Source: the human T2T-CHM13v2.0 reference genome, Homo sapiens
Strand: one strand, 5' to 3'
DNA length: 64,000 nucleotides
NCBI RefSeq assembly: GCF_009914755.1
Contig: NC_060945.1
The position numbers were made by a program, and so were the translations under genes. The first letter of the stretch is position 1. Every line of letters starts with the position of its first letter. The notes under the pieces are model-generated. The model made no database searches and was not told where the DNA came from. It saw only the letters and a program-made list of their open reading frames with translations. Of the stretch, positions 1-14,940 are shown in pieces.

Positions 1-492
1 CATCGCTGCTGATATAGGTATGTTAACATTACAGGCAGGACAGCTGATACTGCTGCTTCTAACTTACCAAATCCCATGGACGTCATCTATATAATAAAAG
101 AATTAGTTATGAGATGGTGGAGGTCCTTATGCTAAATCCTCATGCTAAATCCCCACCAACTGGTGGTAAATGAGAAGGAAGTCTGTTGCATTATTCTCTC
201 TCTCTTTCTCTCTCTCTCGCACTTCTTCCTCAATCAGGTTGACTCTATGATATTTATGGGATGAAGAAGTTCAAACATACAACCCATCAATTCCTGTTAT
301 GTATTCAAGTGTAAAAGCAACAAAAAAAGAGTCCATTGAATTGGCCCAAAGAGCCCCACATACAAGGTCATGTTTGCTTTGTTCCCTTCCATTGTGAACC
401 TTGCTTGAACTTATGAGTAAAATTCAAGTGTCCTCTCGTTTTTCAAGTCTTGGGCATCTGTATCCACAGAGCCATAAAAATGTAATTACCTC

Positions 493-532
493 TGTATTAG
501 TCAGGGTTCTCCAGAGGGACAGAACTAAGAGG

Positions 533-578
<46 letters not shown>

Positions 579-973
579 GAGTTTATTAAGGAATATTAAC
601 ACACATGATCATGAGGTGAGGTCTCACAATAGGCCATCTGCAAGCTGAAGAACAAGGAAGCCAGTCTGAGTCCTAAAGCTGAAGAACTTGGAGGCTGATG
701 TTTGAGGGCAGGAAGCATCCAGCATTGGAGAAAGATGTGGATGTAGGCTGGAAAGCTAAGCCAGTCTAATCTTTCATGTTCCTCTGCCTGTTTTTTTCTG
801 GCCATACTGGCAGCTGATTAGATAGATTGTGCATACCCAGATTGGGAGTGAGTCTGCCTTTCCCAGTCCACTGACTCAAATGTTAATCTTCTTTGGCAAC
901 ACCCTCATAGACACACCCAGGAACAATACTTTGCATCCTTCAATCCAATCGAGTCAACCTTCAATGCATCACA
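493..973 (-). mobile_element. MLT2A-type ERVL solo LTR containing a (CA)n tract at ~535-572
   Basis: Begins TGTATTAGTCAGGGTTCTCCAGAGGGACAGAACTAA and ends CATCACA, the reverse complement of recalled MLT2A termini; near-TSD acctc/ccctc. Confidence 0.85.
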
Positions 974-1059
974 CCCTCCATTCCCCAAAGTTCCCCAGAA
1001 TATTTAGTCTTTTTCTTCTTTTCTTTTTTGTGTATCTATAGTTGGAATTTTATCCACCT

Positions 1060-1905
1060 ATAAAAGCCAATGAAGTACTAATACATGCTACAATTTAGAC
1101 ACAAAAATATGAACCTAGGTGAAAGAAACCAGACACAAAGGTCACAGATGGTGTGATCACATTTATATGAAACATTCAGAAGCTGGAAATGCAGAGACAG
1201 AAAGCAGGTTGATGGTTGTCAGGGGCTTGCATGAGGAAGGAGTGGAGAGTGATTGCTCCATGGAACTCAGTTCCTTGTTGGCATGATGAGAGTCCTTTGG
1301 ACTAGATAGAGGTGGTTGTTGCAACACTGAAAATGTACTAAATGCCACCGAATTATATACTTTAAAAGAGGGATTTCCTAAGTCCCAGGCCATGGACCAG
1401 TACTAGTCTGTGGCCTGTTAGGAACTGGGTCGCTCAGTAGGAGGTGAGGAAGGGGCCAGCAAGCATTACCACCTGAGCTCTGCCTGCAGTCATATCAGTG
1501 GTGGCATTAGATTCTCATAGAAGTGGAAACCCTATTGTGAACTGCACATGACAGGGATCTAGGTTGCAAGCTCCTTATAAGAATGTAATGCCTGATGTTC
1601 TGTCACTGTCTCCCATCACTCCCAGATGGGACTGTCTAGTTGCAGGAAAACAAGCTCAGGGCTCCCACCGATTCTACATGATGGTGAGTTGTATAATTAT
1701 TTCATTATATTTTACAATGTAACAATAATATGAAGTGTATAATAAATGTAGTGTGTGATTGAATCATCTATCCCCAAACCACCCCCAACCCTGTCCATGG
1801 GAAAACTGTCTTCCATGAAACTAGTCTCTAGTGCCAAAAAGGTTGGGGATTGCTGCTTTAAAATGCTCAACTTTATGTTATCAGGATTTTACCTTAATAA
1901 AAGAA
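1060..1905 (+). mobile_element. Old L1 (L1MB-like) 3' end, split by MER1A
   Basis: aatgaagtactaatacatgctacaa...gcaacactgaaaatgtactaaatgccaccgaattatatacttta|aaatgctcaactttatgttat...aataaa resembles the L1M 3'UTR. Confidence 0.7.
1368..1855 (+). mobile_element. MER1A non-autonomous hAT-Charlie DNA transposon
   Basis: ccatggaccagtactagtctgtggcctgttaggaac... to aaaaaggttggggattgctg; exact 8-bp TSD CTTTAAAA at 1360-1367 and 1856-1863, as expected for hAT. Confidence 0.9.
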
Positions 1906-2564
1906 ATTTAAGGAACAGAGACATGGTTCTATGCAGATTTCTTTTACCTTAAGAAGTTGCACCACAATCCAGTGCTTCTGATGTGAGGTGGAATTTCTAG
2001 TAGGTGAGAGATGTCCTAAGTACCATAGTTTTCAGACATTAAACTACCCCTCTTACTTTTATCTTTTTAAAAAAGGTTCAACTTTTATTACAGAGTAAAG
2101 GTTACACATGTCTTTTTCTTAAAGCAGTTGAGTTGGGGGCAAACAGGGAACAAGACATCAGGGAGCATGGAGTGGGGAACACCTCCTCACCAATATGCCT
2201 GCCACGTTTGTTTTTCATGTGATGCAGAGAGATGAATCAAGTGTCTTTTATTTTCAGTTTAGCCCTCTACCAGCTTTTGACGCCTTTACCATCTATTATA
2301 CCTCCTTCCTAGAAAAGTAAGTATAAGAAAAAGGCTCATTTATGTGACTTGGTACAATCATCCTACTCCTCAGCATTACTAAAACTCAAGGTAGTTGGGG
2401 TGGACCTTACCTACACCCCACTCCCTTTGGCCACAACTGGGGCTCCAGGGAGTATTCTTACGTCCCACAACTTGGCCCATATAGGGCCCTTGTTCTTTCC
2501 TTTTTCAGAAAACTCTGTCTCTGTCATAATTCCATCCTCCGATCGTCTCAAAAATTGCCAAGGT

Positions 2565-3070
2565 TTGTCAACGGTCTAAGATTTTACTCTACTGGCAAGC
2601 TAACACATTTGGTTGTCACAATTTCATGGAAACTGGCAGAAGGCATGAGACTCCTGGGTCAGAGACAAAGAACTTTATTAATTATGGCACAGCAGCAGTA
2701 TGAGCTCCAGATTTGCTTCAGTCCCTTTGTCCCACAAATCCCACGAGGAAGGTGCAGAGGTGGGCCCAGGCGAATACTGAAATCTATGGGTTTGTGTCAT
2801 AGCTAAGGAACTCTGATCTTAGAAAATCCCCAATTTTATAAAAAAGACTGCAAGCAAAACTACTAAATCTTTGCCCAGTAGCAGACTTATTTTTGATGTT
2901 CTACTCAGAAATAATTCTACCTTTTTTTTCTATCTTCTAAAGGATTTTTTCTTTAGAAACAAAGTTTTGTCTTCCTAGACTTTTTGTTATAAAAACATCC
3001 TTGAAAAAATAGTCTTGAACAAAATCAGTCATAAGATGTAGAGAAACACCATGAAGAATTGTCCTCCAGA
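2565..3070. mobile_element. Probable old ERV LTR, family unresolved
   Basis: tgtcaacggtctaagattttactctactggcaagctaac...gagactcctgggtcagagacaaagaactttatt resembles an ERV LTR terminus; right boundary uncertain. Confidence 0.45.
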
Positions 3071-3544
3071 AAAATATTTTTCATTCCCTTTTCCTAATAA
3101 ATGCCTTCAAGAATGAGAAGGCAGTATAGTAAAAATAACACTATACAATTATTGATTGCAGGAAAAAAGAAAATATCTGTTAAGTCCATAAAAGATGGGT
3201 CTTTGCTAAGATCTGTATTTTGATGTTATGCATTTATTTATACTTTAGGCATTTGTGTTCCCTGTAGTTCTAATGTCATCTATATCTTACTCTGTACTGA
3301 TAAAAATAATAAGGAAATTTAAAGACACAAAAATATTTATTGCATATCTGATAATGATAGTGTTGTAGGTAAATATAAAAATACCAGTGTGAAAATGAAA
3401 TATAAATATCTGATTATTTTATGAACATTATAATATATTATATGGGGGATATGTGGGAGATAAAATATAGAAAGATTTAGCATGAAAAAAGAAAGAAAAA
3501 AATCCGATATTTACAATATCTATAAATCTCCAGAAGTTGGATGA

Positions 3545-3835
<291 letters not shown>

Positions 3836-3895
3836 TAAAATAAGTAATGCTAATTGTGGAAATTATAGTAAGAATGTGAACAGAATGCAGCCAGA

Positions 3896-3996
3896 CAGAA
3901 AAAAGAAAGAAAGAAAGAAAGAAAGAGAGAAAGAAAAAAGAAAAGAAAAGACAGAAAGAAAGAAAAAGAAAGAAAGAAAAAGAAAGAAAGAAAACA
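3896..3996 (+). repeat. (GAAA)n-rich purine tract
   Basis: Degenerate GAAA/AAAAG repeats seen directly. Confidence 0.9.
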
Positions 3997-5369
3997 ATAT
4001 TGAAGAATCACATGGGGCATTGAAAAATTAAATAAAACATTTAAAATATGAACTGGCCTCTTTCTCCTCACTGTAAGAACCTATGGCATTCACTGGTGTT
4101 TTTGCTTTCAAAGCTACAAGAGACTCAAGCACCAAGGAAAACTCTATCATCTTTGATGCTCAAGATGTGAATATAGAGGACTTTTAACTTTTGTCAGCTT
4201 TGGTGCCTGCTTTATAATAAAATCTCAAAGGCTGATGAAGGAAACAAAAGTATATTTGGACTTTGTGCTTGACAAACTCCTGACTGAGAAAATATATTTT
4301 GTACTCTGCCTAAGATTGCTTGATATACTTACATGCTGAAGTCAGCCCCTTCCCCAATTCATCCCCAGAATCAAGCAATACTGTCAGCAAATTTTACCTC
4401 AGTGCCAAAAACATATCATGTAATGGAGGATTTATCATCTCTTCTTTTTTCCATCAAATAATGATCTTGACTTTGTTTTTGTACCCTCTTGTCTTTCTAT
4501 ATTCTAATAGAATGTGAAAGATTAAAGTGCCAGAAACAAAGATACTAGTAACTTTTCTTTTCCTGGAGTGGAGAGTGGGGATTAGCATGCCTGTGGGTTT
4601 TACTCATCTCATGTAACTCTGAATATAACTGTTAGTCCTTGCCACTGATCTTTCTAAAACAATATAAAGCATTTCAAACATTGTTTAATTACAGTGAGAA
4701 TTCTATGTCTCAGCAATAGATCTTGAAGATAATTAAGCTAATTCAAAATGTAACTTAAAATAAACTTTAACTATCTTGGAAATATTAAAGAAAATATAAT
4801 CGTTCCTCCAGCTGCTCTAGGAAGGTAAAATAGTCAGTAGACAGTTAATATTTATTTAGAGTTTATTTTGTAACAGATAATGTTCTAATAGATACTGTTT
4901 GGCAATATAACAATGCACAAAGGCCAGGTTCTGCCTTAAGGAGTTAATGTTTGAATAAATTAAGATAATATTTATAATAATATGTGACACTAAGTAGGTG
5001 ACGAACACCTGCTTTATAATTTTCCTGATATGTGGCAAATAAAGAAAATTTAGTAACTAAATGTTACATTGTAAAATTAAATAAAGTCTTATAATTATTG
5101 TACACAATCAATCTTAATTTTAAATAATGCAAATGAATTTTAGGACACTGATTTACTTATGTTCTAAGAACAACTGGAGGTTTAGAGAAAGCAATTACAT
5201 GTTTGACAGTATTATATACTGCAAAATTCATTTTCACTAACGGTGGCAACAAGTTAATGTATAAAGGAACAATAAACCACACAATAGCAATTATTTTTCA
5301 CATTAATCAAAACATAAATGTGTGCTAATTGTAATCAGAAATTTCAGCCTTGAGTCACTCTCCTTAAAA

Positions 5370-6070
5370 CATCTTTATTGAGATATAATTTACATACCAT
5401 AAGGCTTACTCATTTATAGCATATAATTCAATGATTATCAACCTATTTACAGAATTGTGCAACTCTCACCACAATCTAATTTTAGAATATTTTCATCACC
5501 CCAAAGAAAAACCCATACTCGTTAGCAGTGATAAAAGAAAAACTTCAGCCAAACTGAATTTAAAGGCGTTTAATTGAACAATGAACAACTCATGAATTGG
5601 GCAGCCTTCTGAGCCAGGACAGGCTCAGAGATTCCAGCGCAGCCACGTGGTGGAAGATTTATGGACAGAAAAAGGAAAGTAACCTACAGAAAACAGAAGT
5701 GAGGTACAGAAGCAGCTGAATTGGTTACAGCTTGGTGTTTGCCTTTTTGAACACAGTTTGAACAGTTGGGTACATTTGATTGGCCAAAACTTTGTGATTG
5801 GCACGAGTGTAGGCTATGGTCTGTTTCTACCTCCACTTGTTATAGTTCACAATGTACAGAAAAATCTTTAGGCTAAACTTAAAATACGTAAGCAGGAAGC
5901 TTTAGGTTAAACTTGATTTAAGAGCAGTCATCCCCATCCCCCCATTTCCCCTACTATGTAGGCAATCATTATGTCTCAATGGATTTACCTAATCAATATT
6001 TCACAGAAATTGAGTAAATACTATATATGGTCTTTTGTCACTGGTTTCTTTCACTTGTAAATAATTCTTA
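5370..6070 (-). mobile_element. L1M 3' end fragment split by a MER57 LTR
   Basis: tttattgagatataatttacataccataa...caatctaattttagaatattttcatcacccc typical of antisense L1MB 3' end, resuming after 5927. Confidence 0.7.
5529..5923 (-). mobile_element. MER57-family (MER57B-like) ERV1 solo LTR
   Basis: Reverse complement begins tcttaaatcaagtttaacctaaagc...; 4-bp TSD GCAG at 5525-5528 and 5924-5927. Confidence 0.8.
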
Positions 6071-6232
6071 AAACATCTAGGAGGTGCAAAGGTAACTAAA
6101 AGTGATGCCATGATTTAAATTTGAAAAAAAAAAGGCCAATGAGTATTCAAAACTCATTCTGTAGTTACGAGTAAAGATATGAGAATATGTCTTCAAGGTG
6201 CTGAAATTCAGGAATTGTCTAAATTTCTATAG

Positions 6233-6673
<441 letters not shown>

Positions 6674-7261
6674 CTCAGTTCTTTAATGATAGCTTCTTCT
6701 TGAGGTCCCACTTTCCAAAAAACACAGTTGAGCACAACATCTATTACAATGCAGAAAACAAAATATAAATGCCATACAAATGTCTTAATTTTTCTAAAGT
6801 TCCTGTAGATTAACTTATTTAATTCCTCTTTACCATAAAAACTCAGCAAATCTAAGTTGAAGTAGCATAACATTATTAACTAATTTAATTTTTCAGTTAA
6901 AAATTGAGCATAGACTTAACTCTTCCAATCATACTTTTAATTCAGTATAAATTAAAAAAAGATTCAATGAGCTAAATTAATCACTAAAGGGATGGAAGAG
7001 ACACAGGCTATTTATTCAACAGAAAATCAAATTATATACTATGTGCCAGGTGTTTGCTTGAAACTGAGATTATATTGGTGGACAAGATAAGAGTATTATT
7101 ATCTTAGAAATTTATAATCAAGAAGAACATAAGACTGAACAAGGGCTAGCAGTAGTTTAAGTTGTTTATCATAATAAGATAAGTAAGAAGTCCTATGTGA
7201 GTAAGTAAGTTAGTTTGTTAGGAGTGTTGAAAAGTTTCCGAAATCTACATACAGAACTATG

Positions 7262-8958
7262 CAGAATTGATCCTTGAACAATATGGATTTGAACTGCAAG
7301 AGTCCGATTTTACACAGATTTTCTTCAGCTCTGCCACTTCTGAAACAGAAAAGCCCACCCTTCTTTTTCCTCCTCCTCAGCCTACTCAACATAAAGACAA
7401 TGAGGAAGAAAAGCTTTATGATAATCCACTCCCACTGAATGAATAGGAAATATATTTTACCCTCCTTATGATTGTCTTGGTATCATTTTATTTTCTCTAG
7501 CTTACTTTATTGTAAGAATATAGTTTATGGGAAGTCTGTAAGAAGTTCGTGGAAAATGCATATTATGACAAAACTATGCATGGATTTCAAAACTGTATTT
7601 TATCAAAATAAACTCATATTAACTTGTTATAACATGTCTGAACAGGATCTAGTTTGAGACCACTAAAGATAAAACATCAATTGGAAAAAAGCCCCTATCA
7701 GAGCAACATGTATTCTGCTAAGTTAAAGCAAGAACAATTATCCAATTTATGGAGAAATTGGGGTGGAAAATTAGAGAAATCATTGATGCTTTTTGAAAAG
7801 TTTATAGGAATAATATGTCAAGAAATCAGCCATTTGCAAATGGATAACTCATTTTAAGAAGGGATGAGATGATGTTGGAAATGATGCTTATAGAAGCAGA
7901 TTATCTGTATCAACTTACAATAAAAAAATTCTTGTTCATGCCCTCATTGAAAAGGATAAATAATTAACAGCACAAACAATAGCCAACACCATAGACATCT
8001 CAATTGGCTCAGTTGACACAATTCTAATGGAAAAATTAAAGCTAAGCAAAGTTTCCACTTGACTAGTGCCGAAACAGTTGCACCGACATCAGCTGCAGAC
8101 AAGAATAGAGTTTTCAATGAAAATTTTAAACAAATGGGATCAAGATCTTGAAGCGTCTCTTCAAAGAATTATAACAGAAGATGAAATGAGGCTTTTCCAG
8201 TCTGATCCTGAAGACAAAGCACTATCAAAGTAATGGTGGAAGTGGTCTAATCAGAGTAAAAACAAGCTGGTCAAGAGCAAAGGTCAAGACAAGAGTTTTT
8301 GCGGATGCTCAAGGCATTTTGCTTATTGATTTCCTGGATGGCCAAAGAACAACAGTGTCTGATTATTTTGAGAGTATTTAGAGAAAGTTAACCAAAGCTA
8401 GAGCAGAAAAATGCCCAGGAAAACTTTACCAGAGAGCCCTTCTTCAATATGACAATCTCCTGCTCGTTCCTTTGATCAAACAAGGGCAATTTTGTGAGAG
8501 TTTCTATGGGAGGGAAAGCATTAGGCATTCACCTTTCTAACTTCTTTTAGTTTCATAATCTTAAAAATTATTTAAAAGGCACCCATTTTTCTTCAGTTAA
8601 TAACGTATAAAAGAACGCATTGACATGCTTATATTCCCAATACCCTCAGTTTTTTATGGATGGACTAAATGGCTGGTATCATCACTTACAAAAGTGTCTC
8701 AAACTTGATATGGCTTATGCTGAGAAATAAAGTTTATATTTTCTATTTTTATCTTTTAATTTCATTTTCCATAAACTTTTTGAAATCTCTTTATAATACG
8801 TATAACATATGAAATCTGTGTTAATTGTTCATGTTGTCAGTAAGGCTTCTGCTATTAGTAATTATGTTTTGGGGAAGTCAAAGTTGTATTCAGATTTTTG
8901 ACTGTGAAGGGGGGGCAGGTTTAGTGCTGCATCCCCTGCATTGTTCAAGGGTCAACTG
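7262..8958 (+). mobile_element. Tigger2a (MER28)-like TcMar element interrupted by HSMAR2
   Basis: TIRs cagaattgatccttgaacaa / ttgttcaagggtcaactg(TA); internal cctcctcagcctactcaac...; sequence resumes after 8791. Confidence 0.8.
7528..8791 (+). mobile_element. Near full-length HSMAR2 mariner transposon; decayed transposase ~7708-8730
   Basis: TIR-like ends tgggaagtctgtaagaagttcgtggaaaatg / cattttccataaactttttgaaatctct at TA sites; gagcaacATGtattctgctaag start; remnants of ITGDE (ataacagaagatgaa) and HDN (tatgacaat) motifs; stops and frameshifts. Confidence 0.88.
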
Positions 8959-9169
8959 TATTGTAAAAGAGTTTCCCCTTTAAATTTTTTCCTGAAAAAA
9001 AAAAAATATATATATATATATATAAACAATGGTAGAGCATTTATTACCTTTCTACTGCCTAGAGTATCTCTGACATATGAGTAAATGGCTATATGAAAGC
9101 TATACATTCCTTATTTCATTTGATAGTCACCAAAATTGATTTTAGATGTGTTTGTTAATAAATAAAAGA

Positions 9170-10260
9170 AACATGAGTTCCTTTATTATCCTAAAGTTGA
9201 GATTGAACAAATGTGTTTTCCTCCATTCTCTCTTAAAATACGCATTTTAATGTTTTTATGTGATATGAAGACAAAGAGAATGGGAGAGAAGACCATAACT
9301 GAAAGAACAAACAAATTCATAAGTGTCTATTTAGCTATTTAGAAAATAGAAATAGGTCTGTTACCTGCTAATTCACATAGCAGAGCAGAGAAAAGCAGAA
9401 GTTAATTTCCTGAGTGAGAGACGCCAACAAGATGAAAGCAGGTTGTTACTTTGGAACTTAAAGACTCAAAGACTAGAGGAAGAATTCACCAGGGAATGCT
9501 GAAGACAAATAGAGCAGGATGGGGCCAAAAGCATTTAAGTAGAGGTGATTGGACGTGTGAGTAAACAAGAGTTAGGTTCTTCCCCCCAACACATTTAGTC
9601 TTGTTATTATACATTTCTTACACTGGAAGAGGGTTGCTGTAAAGGCTCATTTCTGAAAGAATGAATCACAGAAGCTCTGAAATTGGGGACACTTAGCCAA
9701 CCAAGGGCAGAGTTTAGGCACTATTTTTGCTTATGAATGAAAGTCTATACATTGTGTAGTAAAATATATTTCAGCCCACTTAGCCTCCTAAAAGCTAGCA
9801 TCCACGTTTCTAAACCCACAGGAAAGTTTAGAAGACTGATATTTATAGAAAATGATTGGTTCAAGAGAAAAGATCTACAAACACAGGCATCTACGGCTCT
9901 CCAACAAAAGACTTGATTTCCTATCCTATCAACACATAGTGAAGCTCACAAGTATTTAAAATATCTATCTTTCTGGTTTTCAGTGCTTTGTTTTTAAATA
10001 TAAACAGAGAACTAAGAATCATCACACATATCAGGAAACCTCTACCATAAAATGCAGTTTCTAAAATAAATAAAACAAACAAAAATAAAGAGAATTGGAA
10101 AATGCTTGGAGTTCAAAAAAGCCTCCAAAATTGCACTCTGTTTATATAAAAGAATGCACTAGAATGCATTACATCAGTAAAACAAAAATGGAAGGCTATC
10201 AGTAAAAATAATCCTCAGAAATCATAGAACACTAGGAAAATTTTTAAATGATATATTTTA
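9170..10260 (+). mobile_element. Ancient LINE-related fragment (HAL1/L1ME-like)
   Basis: aagacaaagagaatgggagagaagacc motif and A-rich strand bias; very diverged. Confidence 0.4.
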
Positions 10261-13200
10261 TTTATGATTTAAATGCTTTAGGGATTTGAGCAGGCCCCAT
10301 TAGAGTTCTGAACCAATTGAACAATTGATACGAAAGAGTAGCACAGCTATGAAAAACAAATTTACCTTTCTTACTGACAATGCTTATGTTGAAGAATGTG
10401 ACATATACCGATGGGCATGTTGCCTTTGTAATGCCAAATGCTGAGACAGAATTACTCTACTCACCACTGTAGCACTGACAAAAAGTAGGTTTCTCTGCCC
10501 AATGAGGGCTAAGTCTTTTCAAAAAACATTTCTGGCATGAAGGAAAAAAAGCATAGCAAATTCCATGCTCTCTTAAAGAAACTCACTGAGAAGAGCAAAG
10601 TAAAGGAAAGAGGCTGATGAACTGGCCCAGTTTATTCTTCCAAATTACATGGATGTGACTTCTGCCGTCTTGGACAGGGGACATAGAGGAGCACAGAATG
10701 CCCAAGAATAAGATGTCAGTGTGTATCTTTACACAGAAGAACATCACCAAAAGGTCCTTTATGCATCCACCTGGGACCACAGGTGGACAGGGCGTATCAT
10801 TTGGCAACAGACATTTAACGTTTGACAGGGAAGTACATCTATCGCATTACTGTTATGCCAAAAGTTTACTCCATGTTGCAGCTCTCACTGCAGATTATGT
10901 CCAGATACATTGACCAACATGTCCTTTATGAAGTCGTGCAAAACGAGCAAGTGACATCATAAAGATACTGCAATAATATACTGCTATCAACGTAGAGATT
11001 CCACAGATTTGAATATAAACCTCCTATCATTATAAATGTATATGGAAACATGAAGTTCGAAGATTAAATTCCCTGGCAAGTTAAGGTCCTAAGTTAGACA
11101 CAACCCAAGGTATCAAAGATCAAAATCTAATTATTGTCTTGTGTTTTAAGAGACTGATGAAACTGAAGGCCTACATTAATCCTTCCCATCTCTTCTTCTG
11201 TGAATTCTCAGCTAGAATGTGATTGTTGGGTGCTGGTTCCTTCAGCAGCTGTGTCTTCCACAGTGTCATAGTGATTCTTTTAAGGCCTCAGGATTTAAAC
11301 GGCCTCAACTTGCTCATTGTTTAGAACCCAAACAGCAAATTAGATTTAAAAAAAGTTAACATAGCATTAGCCCTACACACACCAGACTTAGAAAACAAGC
11401 CAGTATCAATGATTTAAGGTGGTTATTTCTTGGAAAAAAAAATGCTCCCCAAAGTCAATACTTCCTGTTGTAAAACACCAAAGCAGAAACTTGATTTTAT
11501 CTGAACAAAGGCAGTTTAAGAGGAAAGTACTATTTTTTAGCTTGCCAAGAGGCCAGGCTATGCCAGATGATGAAAGTCCACTTAAAATAAAACTCAATTT
11601 CCATCAAGAAGTCAAATTTTTCACTAATACAATTACTGTTGGCGGTATGTGTGGGAGTATCTTTTCACACTGTCTCTTCTCTCAGAGTGACATTTGTGAT
11701 ATTGCTGCTTTCTGCAAAATTTCAAAATTCATAGTGTGGACAGCTCCGATAAGAGGTTTTATTGCAGGAACTTTTGTTTTTCTTCCAGCACCCTCAAAAT
11801 CTTTTAATCCCTTTTCTATTTGAGCCCGTATTTATGGCTACCTCATTACTGTATTGACGGTGGGCTCTGTATAGTGACATAACTTCCCTTATCTGTTTTT
11901 ATCTAGAGCATTCAGTTATAGGACACAGTGGCTGCTTTTTCTATAGAGTTGTTCAGGGTCTGTAAAAACTGCTTCCAAGGAAAGGTTTTTCTCTTCTCCT
12001 AACATTTGTTTCAGCTGGAGAATCAGCCCCAGAAAATTCTTGAAGCTGCCATTGATTCAAACCCTAACAGCCTAACAAGAACCAATTACGTTGCTCTGTG
12101 CCTCAAGATAGCATCTTTATTCAGCTTCTGGGTAAAATAAATATTCTGAGGAAAATATCTTGCTGCCGTTTTTTCTCCAGTAGTTGGATTGTTCTTCTAA
12201 TGGTTTATTTTTCTCTTTCAGGAAAGTTCAGCTATATATTTATATTTCAAGTTAAACTGTTCCATCATTTGGTCAATTTTCTCTAATTTCTAAATTTTTA
12301 AGCATACACAGTTAAATTCTGTAAAACTGTTATTAAATCTGAATTTCTTTTTTTATTTTCTCATTTCCATTACGATTTCTTCTAACACTTTTCAATACTG
12401 ATATTTGAGGCTGCCATAGAATTTACCAGGCAAACATACCTTCTCCGCTATCAATATCCTGAGTTGGATAATTGCATCCAATAAATATGCTCCAATCGAT
12501 ATCCAATATAGGACTGCAGTTGCTATATTTCTCCTTTTTTGATTCACCATTTTCATGCCTCCTATTTGCCTTAGGCTAAACATTTCACGGTTTAGAAATT
12601 TCAAGGAATTCTCAAGCTGACTCTAAATTCCAAACATTTCTCAAGCACATATCATCAAGGTACAGACTTTTACTGTGTGTACCCTTCCACAACATTTGCA
12701 TCACTTTAAGACTTGCCATTAACTAAGTATTTCCCAATTCTTGCACATGTAGATGAGTTCAAAGTTTTTCAATAATTTATTTGTTGCAAGGGAAAATTAA
12801 CCTGAGACCTAGCCTGATATAGTTGAAAATATTAAGGAGTTTAAATTCTTAGTAGAAAATTTTTGTGTTAAATTCAGAGAGAAACACTGAAAATAAAGGA
12901 AATGAGAAATATAGCAATCGTTAACTTAGGGAATTCCAGATTTATTCAAGAAAATACATATAGTCATACATTGTTCAGCTATGCAAAATTATGAATAAAA
13001 ATTCAGTTTTAGGTTTTTTTTTCTCCACTTCAGCCTTATTTTCACTGATTAAACATTATAGGTCTGAGATCTATCTTGCCTCTAAAATTTTGAATTCAAT
13101 GTTACACTTCTGATCCATAAGTTCTTTCACGGCTTCTCACTTCCTTTCTCCCACTTTACATAATTTCTGACTTCATTAAGACTCGAGTCCATTGACTTCT

Positions 13201-13394
13201 CTATTTTCTTTCAGTTAATTATTCCTTCATATCTTTTCATTATTTACCTCTCGTCATAATTGACCTAGGATGCATAAGTTCAACAATTATCTTTACTTTT
13301 TCATGAACACCAATTTTATCTATTGTCTTTCTTCCACCCTATATCAAAATAACTTCAACCACAAGATTCTACCTGCTCAGTATTCCTACTCTTA

Positions 13395-13769
<375 letters not shown>

Positions 13770-13777
13770 TGCACACA

Positions 13778-13826
<49 letters not shown>

Positions 13827-14254
13827 GTACTATAATCATGTATGTCAAGGTTACCCAATATTCACATGAATTCCCAGTACTTTCCGTGTCCATTTCCTAC
13901 TATAACTATTTCAGACCGTCTGCACTCTGTCATCCATCCACTGCCAACACAGTAAAAAACAATGAACTCAACCCCTTGTCACAATCCCTTTGCATCTACA
14001 GATTCAATGCATTCATTTCTTGATTTAACCATTTGTGTATTATCTCAGGGAAAGGCATAGTCCTTCTTTCAGATACCTATTGCCAAATTTGCCAATTCAC
14101 CTGCCCTGGTCCCTACAATCTCTTCATTCCATTCTGCGACAATAAATACAATGAATAGTGTGTCTCAGCTTCATTTTTTAAAAAAAACAGGGTGGTGGTG
14201 GTAGTATTTATTCTCTTTGTTTTTAATGTAACTTATTGAATTGTAAGTTTTTTA

Positions 14255-14940
14255 TTAAAATTTTTTATTAAGATGTCATTCACATACTATAAAAGCCATT
14301 ATTTTAAAGTATGCAATTCAGTGGTTTCTAGTATATTCATCAACTTGTGTAATCATTATTGCTATCTAATTTAAGAACAAGGTTATCATCCCCCCAAAAA
14401 ACTCAAACCCATTAGCAGTCACTTCCCATTTCTTCAATCCCTTCCACTGGCAACCACTGATTTACTTTTTGTCTTTATGAATTTGCCAGTTCTGATTATC
14501 TCATATAACCAAAATCAGACAATATATGGCCTCTTGTGTCTGACTTATTTTACTTTGTATGTTTTTAAGATTTGCCTATGTTGCAGCATACATCAGTTCT
14601 TTCTTCATTCTTTTTTACAGCCAAGTAATACTCTATTCTATGAATATGCCACATTTTATTTATCCATTAATCAGTTGGACATTTCAGTTGTTTCCACTTT
14701 TTGGTTATCATGGAATAATGCTACCGTGAACATTCATGTACAAGTTCTGTGAACCTATGTCTTCAATGTCTTAGGTATATACCTAGGAGTAGAATTGCTG
14801 GGTCAGATGGGGACTCTATATTTATCTTTTTAAGGAACTGCCAAACTGCTGTCTGCAGTGGCTGCACCATTTTACATTCCCACCAGCAACTTATGATGGT
14901 TCCAGTCTGCTCACATCTTCCCCAATACTTGTTTTTTTTA
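14255..14940 (-). mobile_element. L1MA/MB 3' region
   Basis: ggtatatacctaggagtagaattgctgggtca...ccattttacattcccaccagcaa, classic antisense L1 3' sequence. Confidence 0.85.
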
